Assembly (NCBI GenBank): GCA_963841435.1
Contig: CAWJCS010000003.1
Coordinates: 512,001-576,000, forward strand
From: an uncultured delta proteobacterium
GTDB taxonomy: Bacteria; Myxococcota_A; Polyangia; Polyangiales; Polyangiaceae
Reading direction: 5' to 3'
DNA length: 64,000 nt
Of this stretch, positions 32,905 through 44,134 are shown piece after piece (the first letter of the stretch is position 1; the number at the start of each line of letters is the position of its first letter). The notes beneath the pieces were generated by a model that was not told where the DNA came from, did not search any database, and was given only the letters and a program-made list of their open reading frames with translations. A program made the position numbers and the translations under genes.

Positions 32905-35115
32905 CGCCGAGCCCGAACGGCCCGAACCAGGCGCTCGAAGCTCGGTCCGCCCCACAGCGCGACGGCGGCGACACCGAGAGCACCGAGCACGAGGTAGAGC
33001 GCGTATCCCGGCAGCAAGCTCGCCGTCGCCGTCACGCGGTGTCGGCCGGCGGGGATCCGCAGCGCGGGATAGCCCGGGGACACCCGCGTGAGCGTCGCGA
33101 CGGGAGCCCCGTTCAACCTCGACCCGCCAAGTCGGAAACCAGGTGACGCGCAGCACGACATCGACGGGCGTGCTCGTAACGACTGTCGCCTCGAGCAAGC
33201 CGGGCTCGAGCGCCCGGCTCGTGATGCGCGCCGAGCGGGCGTCGCAGTTGCCCGCCCGAACAGCGGTCGCGCGAATCGCTCCGGCGCCGTGCTCGAGGGC
33301 AACGAGGCGCGCCGGATCGAGGAGCCGGTCGGCGCCTTCGGGCGTTCGAAGCGCTTCGGCGAGGCGCGCGCGAAGCTCGGCTTCGCCGGCCTGCCAGCGC
33401 TCGGTCACGCAGCCCGCGCCCACGAGATCGGTCGGCGCCCGGCTCGAAAGGAGCGCGACGGCGCCGTTCTGTTCTCGAACCATGAAGCCGTCGGGGACCG
33501 TGTCGCGGCCGCCCACGAGCAGGTAGCGAACCCCCAGCGCCTCGGCACGGTCGACCGAGCGGGCGCGCGCCGGCTCCAGCCGCTGCGCGGCGAGCCACAG
33601 AATGCCGAGGTGCGAGCCGACGGCCGTCGTCGTGCCAATCGGCACGCCGCTCGCGAGCGTCAACCCGTCGCGCTCGACGCACACGCCGAGGGGTGAGGCC
33701 TCGCTCTCGTCGAACCACAGGCGCCCACCGCGCAGCGTTCCGAGCCAGCGGCGCAGGCGCTCGGGGTCGTAGCCGGGCGGTGGATCGGCGCAGGCCGAGC
33801 CGCTTCGGTCGAGCATCGCGGCCGGGTCCTCGAGGTAACGAAGGCGGCCGGGCAGCGCGAAGCACGAAAGCGCGCCGAGCAGCAGCGCCACCACGAGCGG
33901 CGCGCGCGGGGCGAGCCACTTCGGCCCGGCGCGCGAGAGGAGCGCCCCGACGAGCGGCGCCGCCTCCTCGGCGGCAACGGCGACGACGGCGGCCGCGAGC
34001 GGCGGCAGCAACGCGAGCGCTCGCAGGGGCTGAAAGACCGAAAGCAACGCGTGGCCGAGCGCGCCCGAAGCGGAAAGCAGCGGCCCGCTCGCGCCGAGCA
34101 GCACGGCGGCCGCGCTCGCACCGACGAGCGCGCGCGAAGGCGGCGACCGATACCCGAGCGCGAGCACGACGAGCGAGGCGCCCGCGAGTGCCGTGAGCAC
34201 TGGAACGTCCGAGCGATAGTCGAAGAGGTCGCCGTCCAAGAACCACCAGCCGAGACGCGAGGTGCCGAAGCCCAGCTGCCGCCAGCCGAACCCCGGAGGC
34301 CAACCGAACGGGACGTCGAGCGCGACGATGCCTTGGCCGTAGAGGGCGAGCGCCGTGGCGACGGCGCTGAGGCCGGCTCGAGCGAAACGTTTCAGAGCCG
34401 AGGCTCGGCCGCTCGCGAGCGCTCCCGTCCCCGTGACGGCGAGCGCGCACGCCGCGAGCTCGGGGTGCGCGGCCACGCTCAGCGCGGCGAGCACGGCCGA
34501 GGCCACGTTGCCGCCCGTGGCCACGGCACCGGCAAGCGCAATGACGAGGGGAAGCGCCACGACCTGCGAGACGAGACCCGAGGTGAAGAACGCGTCGTAC
34601 CCGCCGACGAAGGGGTTGTACGGATTGACCCACGAGAGCACCAGACCCCCGAGCGCGGCGAGCTCCGGCCGCCCCCCGGCTCGCACGAGCACGGCGTAGA
34701 GCGTGAGCGGAGCCGCGAGCGTCGCCACGAGCCCGAGCAGCAGCGTAGCGAGAGCGGGCTCGACGCCGAGGCGCATCGGTGCCGCCAGCAGCAGCCAGCC
34801 GAGCGGCGGGTACTGATGGGCGAAGGGAAAGCCGCCGAGATAGGTGTCGAGCCAGCCGTGCGGCAAACCGCGCCGTGCCATGTCGAGCGCCACGCGGGCG
34901 TGCGAGGTCGCATCGCCGAAAAACACGCGCGACGCTCCCCGCGAGAACGGCGAGACCCGGACGAGGGGAAACGCCGCGACCAGCACCGTCGCTGCACCGA
35001 GGCCGATCGCGCGCGCACTGCGTCGTCCGAGCCAGGCAGGGGGCGCCTCGCCACCCACCCGCCGGACGAGGAGCGCCCCGCTCAAGATCGCGACGAGCAA
35101 GAGCCCGAAGAGCAA
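32886..35115 (-). CDS. GT-C/YfhO-like membrane glycosyltransferase (+1 frameshift near 33115; start uncertain)
   Basis: DATSH, GFPFAHQYPPL, many TM helices; repaired C-terminus WFPTWRVEVNG..PGYPALRIPAGRHRV. Confidence 0.65.
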
Positions 35116-35232
35116 GCGACGAAGGTAGCAAAGCGGCGGGGGCCCCCGGGCGGGTCCCCACTCAAATTCGGGCGAAACCGAGGGCCGGAACGGCGGTTGA
35201 GCCTTTCGCGCCGGGTCGGGGTTCATCCATCC

Positions 35233-37152
35233 GTGGCAGGCAGGTTCCACTCGCTATCGGTGGTTCTGGGCATTTGTGCCCTCGGCTGCACGGCGCAGGT
35301 GTCCCGTGAGGGCGAACAGCCTACGGGCGCGGGGGCGGCGAGCGGCTCGGGGGCCACCACCGGCAGCGGCGGGTCCGCCATGGGCAGCGGGGGCTCGGGC
35401 GCGTCCTCGGGAAGCTCCGGCAGCGCGGGAACGAGCGGGCAAAGCTCGAGCGGCGGCTCGAGCTCGGGGTCCGGGGGCTCGAGCGCCGGCAACCCTCCCG
35501 TCGGGCCGACTTCGTTCGCGTGCGATGCCGCCGCCGTGCCGGACAGCCCGGCGATGCGACGCCTCACGCACGCGCAGTACGAAAACACCCTGACGGATCT
35601 GCTCGCGTTCGCGCTCGGTAGCCGGAGCGACGCGCTCGCCGTGACGAGCGCCGTCGCGTCCGACCTCGAGACGCTGCCCAACGAAGAGCGCCCGAAGATT
35701 GCGGAGGACCTGCGCGGCACCTACCGGCGTCTCGATCAGGGCCTCGCGCAGGGCCACATCGACAGCTGGTACGCCATCGGAGTGCGCGTCGGCGCCGAGC
35801 TCACGACGCCCGCGCGGCTCGAGACGGTCGTCGGCAGCTGCGCGACGGACGGCTCACCGGCGGCGGCGTGCGTCGACGCCTTCATCGACCGCTTCGCGGC
35901 GCGTGCGTTCCGCCGGCCGCTCGACGACGCCGATCGCGCGCTGTTGCGCGGCTTTTACGGCGATACGAACAGCATCGATCCGCTCGGCTTCGCCGATCTG
36001 ATCGGCGGCATCCTCAACGCCCCCGACACGCTCTACCTCATCGAGAGCGGCGCTAACGCGGTCCCGGGTGCGGCCGGCGTGGTCGAGCTCGACCCCTTCG
36101 AAACGGCCTCGCGACTCTCGTACCACTTCTGGGACACCCTTCCCGACGACGAGCTCTGGCAAACGGCCGAGGACCAAAGCCTGCTCGACGACGCCGTCTA
36201 CTCGCGCGAGGTCGATCGACTGATCGCGGACCCGCGCGCCAAGAGCTCGCTCCGCAACTTCTACCGCGAGTGGCTCAAGCTCGAGGATCTGCCCCCGCTC
36301 GACCAGGCCAACGGCGTGCCGAACTACGACGCGTTCACGGGAGACGACCAGCCGAGCAGCATGCTCACGACGAACGTCACGGGCGAGGTGCTCGACCTGC
36401 TCGACTACTTCAGCTGGAGCGAGCCCTCGGGCCTCGACACCGTGCTCACGACCGAGCTCCTGCTCCCCAAGACCGACGATCTTGCGAAGCTCTACGGCGT
36501 GTCGCGGAGCAGCAACCCCGTCGCGGCCCCGAACGACGACCGGCCCGGCCTCTTCACGCGCGTGGCCTTCCTCGCCACGGGCAGCTCGAAGACCAGGCCC
36601 ATCAAGAAGGGCGTCTTTTTACGGGAAAATATCCTGTGCGACGAGATCCCACCGCCGCCCGCAGGCGCGTCCTCGAACCTGCCGGAGCTGCCGCCGACGC
36701 TTTCGACGCGCGAGGTCGTCGAAACGCTCACCGCGTCGGGCACGTGCGCCGGCTGCCACGCGCAAGCGATCAACCCGCTCGGCTTCCCCACCGAGTCGTA
36801 CGACGCGCTCGGACGCTTCCGCACCGAGGAGATGCTGTTCGACGCCGACGGCAACCTGATCGGCACCGCGCCCGTCGACACGACGAGCGTCCCCCAGATC
36901 GTCGAAGGTGACCCCACCGAGGTCGCGAACGCGGCGGAGCTCATGAGCCTCGTGGTGGCGAGCGGCAAGGCGAGTGCCTGTCTCGCACGTCACTACTTCC
37001 GCTACTCGTTCGGACGCTGGGAGAACGTCGCGAAGGACGGCTGCGCGCTCGAAGCGCTGCGCTCGGCGCTCGTCGATTCGGACTCGCTCACGGCGATGGT
37101 GCGCGCCGTTGCGTTCGCGCCCGATTTCCGGCATCGCACGATCGTGGAGTAA
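35233..37152 (+). CDS. DUF1592/DUF1588/DUF1595-type lipoprotein with CxxCH
   Basis: Lipobox ALGC; RRLTHAQYENTL, RAFRRPL, ASRLSYHFWDTLPD, TRPIKKG, CAGCH..NPLGF. Confidence 0.88.
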   Translation: MAGRFHSLSVVLGICALGCTAQVSREGEQPTGAGAASGSGATTGSGGSAMGSGGSGASSGSSGSAGTSGQSSSGGSSSGSGGSSAGNPPVGPTSFACDAAAVPDSPAMRRLTHAQYENTLTDLLAFALGSRSDALAVTSAVASDLETLPNEERPKIAEDLRGTYRRLDQGLAQGHIDSWYAIGVRVGAELTTPARLETVVGSCATDGSPAAACVDAFIDRFAARAFRRPLDDADRALLRGFYGDTNSIDPLGFADLIGGILNAPDTLYLIESGANAVPGAAGVVELDPFETASRLSYHFWDTLPDDELWQTAEDQSLLDDAVYSREVDRLIADPRAKSSLRNFYREWLKLEDLPPLDQANGVPNYDAFTGDDQPSSMLTTNVTGEVLDLLDYFSWSEPSGLDTVLTTELLLPKTDDLAKLYGVSRSSNPVAAPNDDRPGLFTRVAFLATGSSKTRPIKKGVFLRENILCDEIPPPPAGASSNLPELPPTLSTREVVETLTASGTCAGCHAQAINPLGFPTESYDALGRFRTEEMLFDADGNLIGTAPVDTTSVPQIVEGDPTEVANAAELMSLVVASGKASACLARHYFRYSFGRWENVAKDGCALEALRSALVDSDSLTAMVRAVAFAPDFRHRTIVE

Positions 37153-37154
37153 AG

Positions 37155-38706
37155 ATGAAGCGGCGGCTCGTCACCCGAAGGCAAGTTTTGATCGGCACCG
37201 GTGGCTTCACGCTCGGGCTGCCGTTTTTGCCGTCGCTCCTAGCGGGCCCGGCCTACGCGCAGCAGGCGACGTTCATCCGCCAGCCGCGCTTCTTCACCCT
37301 GGCAACGCAACACGGCGGCGTGAAGGAAAGCGCGATGTTCCCCGACGACGCCGTGCTCACGGCGTCGGAGGACATCTACGCCGGCCACACCATCCGCCAC
37401 GGCGCGCTCGTGCGCACGGCCTCGGGCGGTCGCGCGTCCGTCGCGGGCATCCTGAGCGGCGCCGACGACGTGCTCACCGACGCGCTCGTCGCGAAGATGA
37501 ACGTGCTCCGCGGCATCGACATCCCCTTTTACATTGCGCACCACACGGGCGGCTACCTCGGCAACGAGTCGCGCAACGACGCCAACGCGGGCGACCTCGG
37601 CATGCCACCCATGCCGACCATCGATCAGCTCATGGCGTGGTCGCCGAGCTTTTACCAGAATCTCGACAGCGTGAAGATGCGCTCCGTCATCACGGGCTCG
37701 CGCGGGCGCATCTCGTACATGTGGTCGAACGCCTCGGAGCGCACGGGCTCGATCGACGAGGTCCGGCGCAGCGACAATGCCAAGGATCTCTTCAACGCGG
37801 TGTTCGTGCCCGACGACCCGACGGAGCCGACGGCGCCGCCCAGGCCGCTGATCGTCGACCGCGTGATCGAGAGCTACCGGAGCCTGCGCCAGTCGAACCG
37901 CCGTCTCGGCGCCGCGGATCGGCAGCGCCTCGACGATCACCTCGACCGCCTCGCCGAGCTCCAGCGCCGGCTCAACGCCAAGCCCGTGCAGAGCGCGTCG
38001 TGCGGCGCGCTCAGCGAGCCCACGAGCGGCAGCGACTACCGGTCGCAGATGGTCGCACTCGTCGATGTCGTCGTCGCGGCGTTCCTCTGTGGCACGAGCC
38101 GCATCAGCGTCATGGGCCTCGACGAGTCGCGCTTCGTCGCGGACAACGCCGACTGGCACCAGAGCGTCGCGCACCAGTACTTCACCGACGCCGCGCAGGC
38201 GAAGCTCCAGGAAGCGAACCAGAAATCCTTCGAGTATCTGTTCCTGGACCTCGCGAAGAAGCTCGAACGTCGAGGAGGCGCCCGGCGTGACCGTGCTCGA
38301 CGATTCGCTCCTGATGTGGAGCCAGGAGAGCGGCTCCGAGACGCACCAGTCGCGCTGCATTCCGATCGTCACGTTCGGCGCCGCCGCGGGCAAGCTCAAG
38401 ACCGGCAACTACATCGACTACCGGAACCAGAGCAGCCGCGCCATCGTCAACTTCTGGGGCGACGACCTCGGCCCCACGGGGCTACTCTACGCGCAGTGGC
38501 TCGCGACGATCCTGCGGGCGATGGGCGTTCCCCAGAGCGAATGGCAAGACGTGCCGGGCAACGCGACGACGGGCTACGGTTTCAGCACGAAGTGGGTCAC
38601 CGGCGTCGAGCCGAGCCCAGGCGATGCGCTCGGCACGTACGATCGCACGTACGTCGCCGGCGTCACCGAGAACGCGAGCGAGTACCTGCCGCTGCTCGAG
38701 GCGTGA
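37155..38706 (+). CDS. DUF1552-type Tat-exported protein (+1 frameshift near 38267)
   Basis: TRRQVL..LPFLPSL, TIDQ, DRQRLDDHL; repaired LDVEEAPGVTVLDDSLLMWSQE. Confidence 0.85.
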
Positions 38707-39599
38707 CGCGGCGCGCGCGCGCGTGCTTCGCGGCTCTATTCGCCCTCGTCGGTTGCGGGTCGGAACGTGCCGCGCCACTCGAGCCGTGCGGAGGCGCGTG
38801 CCTGTCGCGCGAGGAGGCGACCTGGCCCATGCCGAACCCGGGGACCTTGCCGCTGCCGAACCCCGCGCGTGTCGAGGTTTCGAGTGCCACGGCGCGCGAC
38901 GCAGTGACGGGCCTGGTGTGGGCACGCGAAAATGGCGAGCTCGTCACGGCGAGCGATGCCGACGCCGCGTGCGAGACGCTCACCCTCGAGGGTGAAGACG
39001 ACTATCGGCTACCCACGCGTATCGAGCTCGTCTCGCTGCTCGATCGCACGGTGCGCCCGACGCTCGACGGCGTGGCGTTTCCGGGCACGCCTCTCGACTA
39101 CTTCTGGACGAGCTCGAGCGTGCCCGGCATCCCGGGGGCGCGCTACAGCGTGTACTTCGGCGCGGGCGAAACGTCATCGGGCAGCGAGGACGCTCCGAGC
39201 GCCTACGCGCGCTGCGTGCGCGGTGGCTCGCGACGCGGAGCGCCACGCTTTCGCAACGACGCGACGAGCGTCCTGGATCTCGGTACGGGTCTCGAGTGGC
39301 AGCGGGCCGCTTCCGAAAGCGCGCTCTCGCTCGCGGCGGCTCGGGCGCTCTGCACCGGGCTCGAGCCCGGCGAAAATCCGTTCCGCTTGCCGAGCGACAA
39401 GGAGCTCGAAACGCTCGTCGACACGACGACCGGCGGAGGGCCCCCGCTCATCGATGCGGCGGCGTTTCCCGAGACACCACCGACGACGTTCTGGACGCTC
39501 GTCGTCGACCCCATCCCGCCGCTCGTCGTTGATTTTGCCACGGGGTTCGCCAGCGTGGCCGACGCGAGCGGCACGCACCGCGTGCGCTGCGTGCGCTAG
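38703..39599 (+). CDS. DUF1566 (Lcl C-terminal) tandem-domain lipoprotein
   Basis: Lipobox LVGC; two DxxTGLxW..RLPxxxELxxL..RCVR units. Confidence 0.85.
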   Translation: MTRRARACFAALFALVGCGSERAAPLEPCGGACLSREEATWPMPNPGTLPLPNPARVEVSSATARDAVTGLVWARENGELVTASDADAACETLTLEGEDDYRLPTRIELVSLLDRTVRPTLDGVAFPGTPLDYFWTSSSVPGIPGARYSVYFGAGETSSGSEDAPSAYARCVRGGSRRGAPRFRNDATSVLDLGTGLEWQRAASESALSLAAARALCTGLEPGENPFRLPSDKELETLVDTTTGGGPPLIDAAAFPETPPTTFWTLVVDPIPPLVVDFATGFASVADASGTHRVRCVR

Positions 39600-39618
39600 G
39601 CGCCGTGGCTCAGGCGCG

Positions 39619-40842
39619 TCACGGCGCGCAGTCCACGAAGTCGACCGTGTACGCGATCTCGGTGCTGATGCCGGACAGTGTGACGCTGTAGCTCTGCCCC
39701 GCCGCGGGGTTCCAGCCGTTCGGCACCATACGGATGCCGTTCGTCGAACCGTAGTTGCCCGTGAGCGCCGAGACGTTGACGGCGACGCTCGAGCCGCCCG
39801 AGGTCACGCTCACCGTCGCCTGTGCGAGCTGGATGCGCTCGCTCTGCACCGACCAGCCCGTGCTGCCGAGGCCACCGCCGCGACCGCCACCGTAAGCCTG
39901 GAGCGGAAACGCGCCGGGCGGCGGCCAGGCGACCCACTCCTTGCCCGCCTTGCCCGTGCCACCGATGTTCTGCATGCACGAGGCGCCGTTCGGCCCCGTC
40001 GAGCCGAGCCCGATCGGGCCGAGCCAGTTCGAGAGAACGATGCGTCGGTGCCCGAAGGTGGTTTCGTTGCCAGTGTCCGTCAGGTAGGCGTTGACGCTCG
40101 AGACGCCCGGCCCACCCGAGATGTTGCTCGTCGACGAGCCCTGCGCACCGAGATCGGTGTAACAGTCCCAGCTCATCGGCGGCTCGTGGGAGAGCCCCGA
40201 CGCGCGCCAGTTCGCGGCCTGCATGAGCGCGCAGGCCTGCGCCATCTCGTTGCGATCCGGCGACGTCTCGACGGCGGGCAGATCGGCGAGCCAGCGGTAG
40301 AGATTGAAGAGACGAAGCGCGTTGTCGCGCCCCTCGGCAGAGATGTCGCCCGGGTCGCACGTGTTGACGCTGCCGGTCCAGGCTCCTTCGCTCATGTTCG
40401 CGCGGTCGGCATTCCAGCGCGCGCACGTCCCCTCGGCGCTGCGATCGGTCGTGACGGGCGCGCCGGCCGAGCCGCTCGCGCCGGCCGCGCCCGAGCCGGA
40501 CGAGGAGCCGGCGAGCCCACCCGTGCCCGCGATCCCGGCCGAACCGCCGGAGCCCGCGCCCGCACCGGCCGCATCGGTCCCGGCTCCGCCGCCGAGTCCG
40601 GCGCTCGGCATGCCGCCGGCACCGGGCGCCGTGCCGCCCGTACCACCAACGTTCAGCGAGCCGGCGGCGGAGCCCGCAGAGCCGGCAGACCCGCCAGAGC
40701 CGCTCGCCATGGTCCCACCGCTCCCCGCGCCGCCGACGCCCCCAGTCGGCGCTGGCAGCTCGCCGGTCGTTTCCGACGAGCACGCCGCCAAAAAGACCAG
40801 GACGAGGGTGGTCCACCCCTTCGAAAGCTGTGGCATGGCCAT
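39619..40842 (-). CDS. CAP/SCP-domain lipoprotein with Gly-rich linker
   Basis: Lipobox LAAC; NLYRWLADL, LSHEP, FGHRRIVL. Confidence 0.8.
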   Translation of the reverse strand: MAMPQLSKGWTTLVLVFLAACSSETTGELPAPTGGVGGAGSGGTMASGSGGSAGSAGSAAGSLNVGGTGGTAPGAGGMPSAGLGGGAGTDAAGAGAGSGGSAGIAGTGGLAGSSSGSGAAGASGSAGAPVTTDRSAEGTCARWNADRANMSEGAWTGSVNTCDPGDISAEGRDNALRLFNLYRWLADLPAVETSPDRNEMAQACALMQAANWRASGLSHEPPMSWDCYTDLGAQGSSTSNISGGPGVSSVNAYLTDTGNETTFGHRRIVLSNWLGPIGLGSTGPNGASCMQNIGGTGKAGKEWVAWPPPGAFPLQAYGGGRGGGLGSTGWSVQSERIQLAQATVSVTSGGSSVAVNVSALTGNYGSTNGIRMVPNGWNPAAGQSYSVTLSGISTEIAYTVDFVDCAP

Positions 40843-40862
40843 GGGCTCTTCTTCGGAGTGGC

Positions 40863-42875
40863 ATGCCGCGGCGCGCATCGATCACCTTAGTGTTGCTCGG
40901 CCTCGGCCGGCAGGCGTACGCGGAGCCAGCGGGGGCACGACCCGCGGAGCCCGTCGAGGTCGAAGTTCGGGGTACACCGTCGTCACCTGCCGTCGCCCGC
41001 AAGGACGAGAGCGTCGCCTCGAGTACGCTCGAGCGCGATTGGCTCGAGCCACCGGGGCTCAGCGCGCCCGACGTGCTGCGCACCGCCGTGGGGGTCACGG
41101 TCACGGAGACGGGAGGCCTCGGTGCCGCGTCCACGGCGTCGGTGCGTGGCGCGACCGCGTCGCAGACGCCCGTCTATCTCGCGGGCGTGCGCCTCAACGA
41201 CGACGTCGGCGGAGCGGCGGACCTCGCGATGGTCCCACTATTTTTGATCGACCGCATCGAGGTGTACCGCGGCAACGCGCCGCTCGAGGCCGACCGATTC
41301 GGCATCGGAGGGGCGATCTTCTTCGAGCCGATTCGCCCGCGAGCGCCCCGCGTACGGATCGGCGGGATGGCCGGGAGCTTTGGCAGCCGCGCGGCGTGGG
41401 CCGCAGCCGGGACCCAAAGCAGAGGGACGAGCCTCCTAATCGGCGCGCGCTTCGAGGGGGCCGACAACGATTATCCATTTTACGACGACCGCGGCACGCT
41501 CGAAACCACGGCCGACGATCGCCGCGAGCACCTCCAGAACGCCGACGCCGCGCTCGTCAACCTCTGGCTCGTCGGTCGGCAAACCGTCTCCGAGGGTCGC
41601 ATCGACGTCGTCCTCAATCGGTTCGAGCGCGAAAAGGGCGCCCCGGGGCTCGCCAACGTCGCGACGACCGAGGCCCGAACGAGCGCGAGCCGCACGCTCG
41701 CGGCCGTCTCCGGCTTTGCCCCCTTCGCGGGCGAAGCGTCCCTCGAGGCGCGCACGACCTTCCTCGAGGCGAGCAGCACGCTCACCGATCCACTCTATCG
41801 TCCGTCCATGAATCCCGGCGAGCTCGGCCTCGGCACCGATCGCGTCGAGTCCCGAGGTGACCGGCTCGACGAGGAGCTCGCGCTCACGGTCCCGCTCGGA
41901 GCGGCGAGCTCGCTCCGCGCGCGCGCCGAAGCGAGCCACGAGCGACTGAGGCGCTCCGAGGGTGAGGCGGCGGAGCCGGTGCTCGCCGAGCGGCGTGTCT
42001 CGGCACGCCTGTCCGCGGCGGCGGCGCTCGGCGTGGCCCCGCACCTCTCCGTACGACCGCTCGCGGCGCTCGAATGCCACGCCACGGGCGCCCACGCCGA
42101 CGCGACGTGCGACGTTCTCGAGCCGACTGCACGGCTCGGTGCGCTCGCGACGCTCGGCGAGCTTTCGCTGTTCGGCGGTGTGGGTCGGTACGTGCGCGTG
42201 CCGACGCTCGGCGAGCTCTTTGGCACGTCCGCCGTCGTGCGCGGCCAGCCGAGCTTGCGGAGCGAGGCGGGCGTCACCATCGACCTCGGCGCGCGGTACG
42301 CGACACGGCTGCCCGGGGAAACGCGACCGCTCTACGCGGCGCTCTCGGGCTACCTCAGGAACGCGCGCGATCTCATCACCTTCGTTCGCACCGCGCAGAG
42401 CACGATCGTGCCCATCAACCTCGGACGAGCGAGCGTGCGCGGGCTCGAGCTCGAGGCTGGGACGGGCTTTCTGCGCCATTTCCAGGGCGACCTAGCGCTC
42501 ACGCTCTTCGATGGCCGCGACGAGACCCCCGGGCGCACGCTCTTGAACGCGCGCTTGCCCTACCAGCCGCGCCTCGTCGTCGCCCCCGGCGTACGGGCCG
42601 AAACGCCGTCGCTCGGCACGTTTCCCGTCGAGCGCGCCTCGCTCGGTGGTCGGCTCGTCCACGAATCGAGCCGCTACGCCGACCCCGCCGGCCAGTCGGT
42701 GATCCCGGCTCAAACGACGGTCGACGTCGACGTTGGTGTCGAAGGGCTCGGGCGCTCAGCCATCCTGCGCGCGCGCGTCGGCGATCTCTTCGACGCGCGA
42801 CGCTACGACGTTGTCGGCTTCCCGCTGCCGGGCCGGACCTTCTTCGTGTCGCTCGAGCTCGGCAACGGTCAGTAG
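40863..42875 (+). CDS. TonB-dependent receptor, probably BtuB-like
   Basis: Plug SVRGA..VYLAGV, IDRIEVYRG, IGGAI; C-terminal FPLPGRTFFVSL; next to a B12 riboswitch operon. Confidence 0.85.
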   Translation: MPRRASITLVLLGLGRQAYAEPAGARPAEPVEVEVRGTPSSPAVARKDESVASSTLERDWLEPPGLSAPDVLRTAVGVTVTETGGLGAASTASVRGATASQTPVYLAGVRLNDDVGGAADLAMVPLFLIDRIEVYRGNAPLEADRFGIGGAIFFEPIRPRAPRVRIGGMAGSFGSRAAWAAAGTQSRGTSLLIGARFEGADNDYPFYDDRGTLETTADDRREHLQNADAALVNLWLVGRQTVSEGRIDVVLNRFEREKGAPGLANVATTEARTSASRTLAAVSGFAPFAGEASLEARTTFLEASSTLTDPLYRPSMNPGELGLGTDRVESRGDRLDEELALTVPLGAASSLRARAEASHERLRRSEGEAAEPVLAERRVSARLSAAAALGVAPHLSVRPLAALECHATGAHADATCDVLEPTARLGALATLGELSLFGGVGRYVRVPTLGELFGTSAVVRGQPSLRSEAGVTIDLGARYATRLPGETRPLYAALSGYLRNARDLITFVRTAQSTIVPINLGRASVRGLELEAGTGFLRHFQGDLALTLFDGRDETPGRTLLNARLPYQPRLVVAPGVRAETPSLGTFPVERASLGGRLVHESSRYADPAGQSVIPAQTTVDVDVGVEGLGRSAILRARVGDLFDARRYDVVGFPLPGRTFFVSLELGNGQ

Positions 42876-44134
42876 GCGCCGAGATCGCGAGGCGGCAGAC
42901 CCACCGTGCCCGCCACGCCGAGCGTGGGCAGCGGCGAGAGCCCGTCCGGCGTGATCGAGAAGCGCATCAGCCCGCCACGATCGGCGTCAGCGACGAGGCA
43001 GGTTTGGGCGCAGCCTGGAGTGCAGAGCAGCCCCCCGAAGGCCACGCCAAGCCCACCCTCGTCGCCGGCGCGGGCCTCGGCAAGCATTTCGGCCGCACCG
43101 GACGCGAGATCGAGCGAAAAAAGGCGATTGTTCGCGCCTCCCGCGAGCGCCGTCTGAGTCTTCACGAGCAGGCCGTCCTCGGCGAAGAACGCCACGTTCG
43201 ACTGCAGCGGCGCGCCAGCGATGTCGATGGCGGCGTAGCGCGCGATCTCGCGCGGCGGCGCCTCGGTGACGTCGAAGAGCACGACGGCGCTCTCGCTCAC
43301 GTCGGCGGGCACACCCTCGCGGTCGATGTACCCCGTGCAGGAGAGCGCGGCGCGTCGAGCGCTCGGCGCGAGCGTGACGGGTCCGCAGTTCTTGAGCCCC
43401 GCGACGGGAAGCGTGAACGTCACCGACTCGCGGTCAACGTCGACACCGACGACCCGCGCTTCTCCCATCGACTTTACGTCGAGGCTCGCGCGTTGCAACG
43501 TGACGAGCACGAGGTCGCCGACGAGAGCGAGGCCTGCCGGGCGCGGGGGGAAATTGCCCTCGTCGGGCAGCGGGATGCGAGAAAGCAAGCTGGGGCTCAG
43601 CGTGTCGATGACGAGCAGATCGCCGCCGCCGTCGAACGGCTCCGAGCCCGGCGTCGGGTCCTCGCCCCAGCGCGAAACGACCGCGCGATCGCCAGAAATC
43701 TCCAAATAATCCTGGGGGTTGGACTCGAAGCCCGTGCCGACGGCAAGCTGCCCGAGCGCGCGCCCCGAGGGTGCTTCGAAGAAGCTCACGACGTTCGTGC
43801 CGTATCGATCGACGAGCACGACGCGCCCGGAGCGCGGGGGTGTCGTGGGCACGACAACGTCACCGGAGAGCGGCAACGCGAGCGCCGACGCTCCCGTCCG
43901 CGCGCTCGAAGCGAACGAGCCGCAGAGCGTGTCGCCGTCGAGCTTCGTCAGCGCGACCTGCGTCGAGACGTAATCGCTCATCACGACGACGGCCGCTGCC
44001 GGGCATCCCGGCGGCGCGTCGATCGTCGCCTCGCAGTGGTCCTCGGCGGTGGGAGAGACGTCACAGCCGCCGAGCAGTGCCGCCGCGAGCAAGAAGCCCG
44101 AGGCACTGGCATGGCGCGAGCCCGCACGCGTCAC
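42869..44134 (-). CDS. Beta-propeller-like lipoprotein (B12 locus)
   Basis: Lipobox LGGC; SNPQD, VVSR, PRP repeats typical of YncE-like propellers. Confidence 0.7.
   Translation of the reverse strand: MTRAGSRHASASGFLLAAALLGGCDVSPTAEDHCEATIDAPPGCPAAAVVVMSDYVSTQVALTKLDGDTLCGSFASSARTGASALALPLSGDVVVPTTPPRSGRVVLVDRYGTNVVSFFEAPSGRALGQLAVGTGFESNPQDYLEISGDRAVVSRWGEDPTPGSEPFDGGGDLLVIDTLSPSLLSRIPLPDEGNFPPRPAGLALVGDLVLVTLQRASLDVKSMGEARVVGVDVDRESVTFTLPVAGLKNCGPVTLAPSARRAALSCTGYIDREGVPADVSESAVVLFDVTEAPPREIARYAAIDIAGAPLQSNVAFFAEDGLLVKTQTALAGGANNRLFSLDLASGAAEMLAEARAGDEGGLGVAFGGLLCTPGCAQTCLVADADRGGLMRFSITPDGLSPLPTLGVAGTVGLPPRDLGAY

Noticed and set aside
37155-39599. 814-aa DUF1552-DUF1566 fusion in the ORF track
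   Set aside because: Artefact of the +1 insertion near 38267; DUF1566 has its own start and lipobox at 38703.
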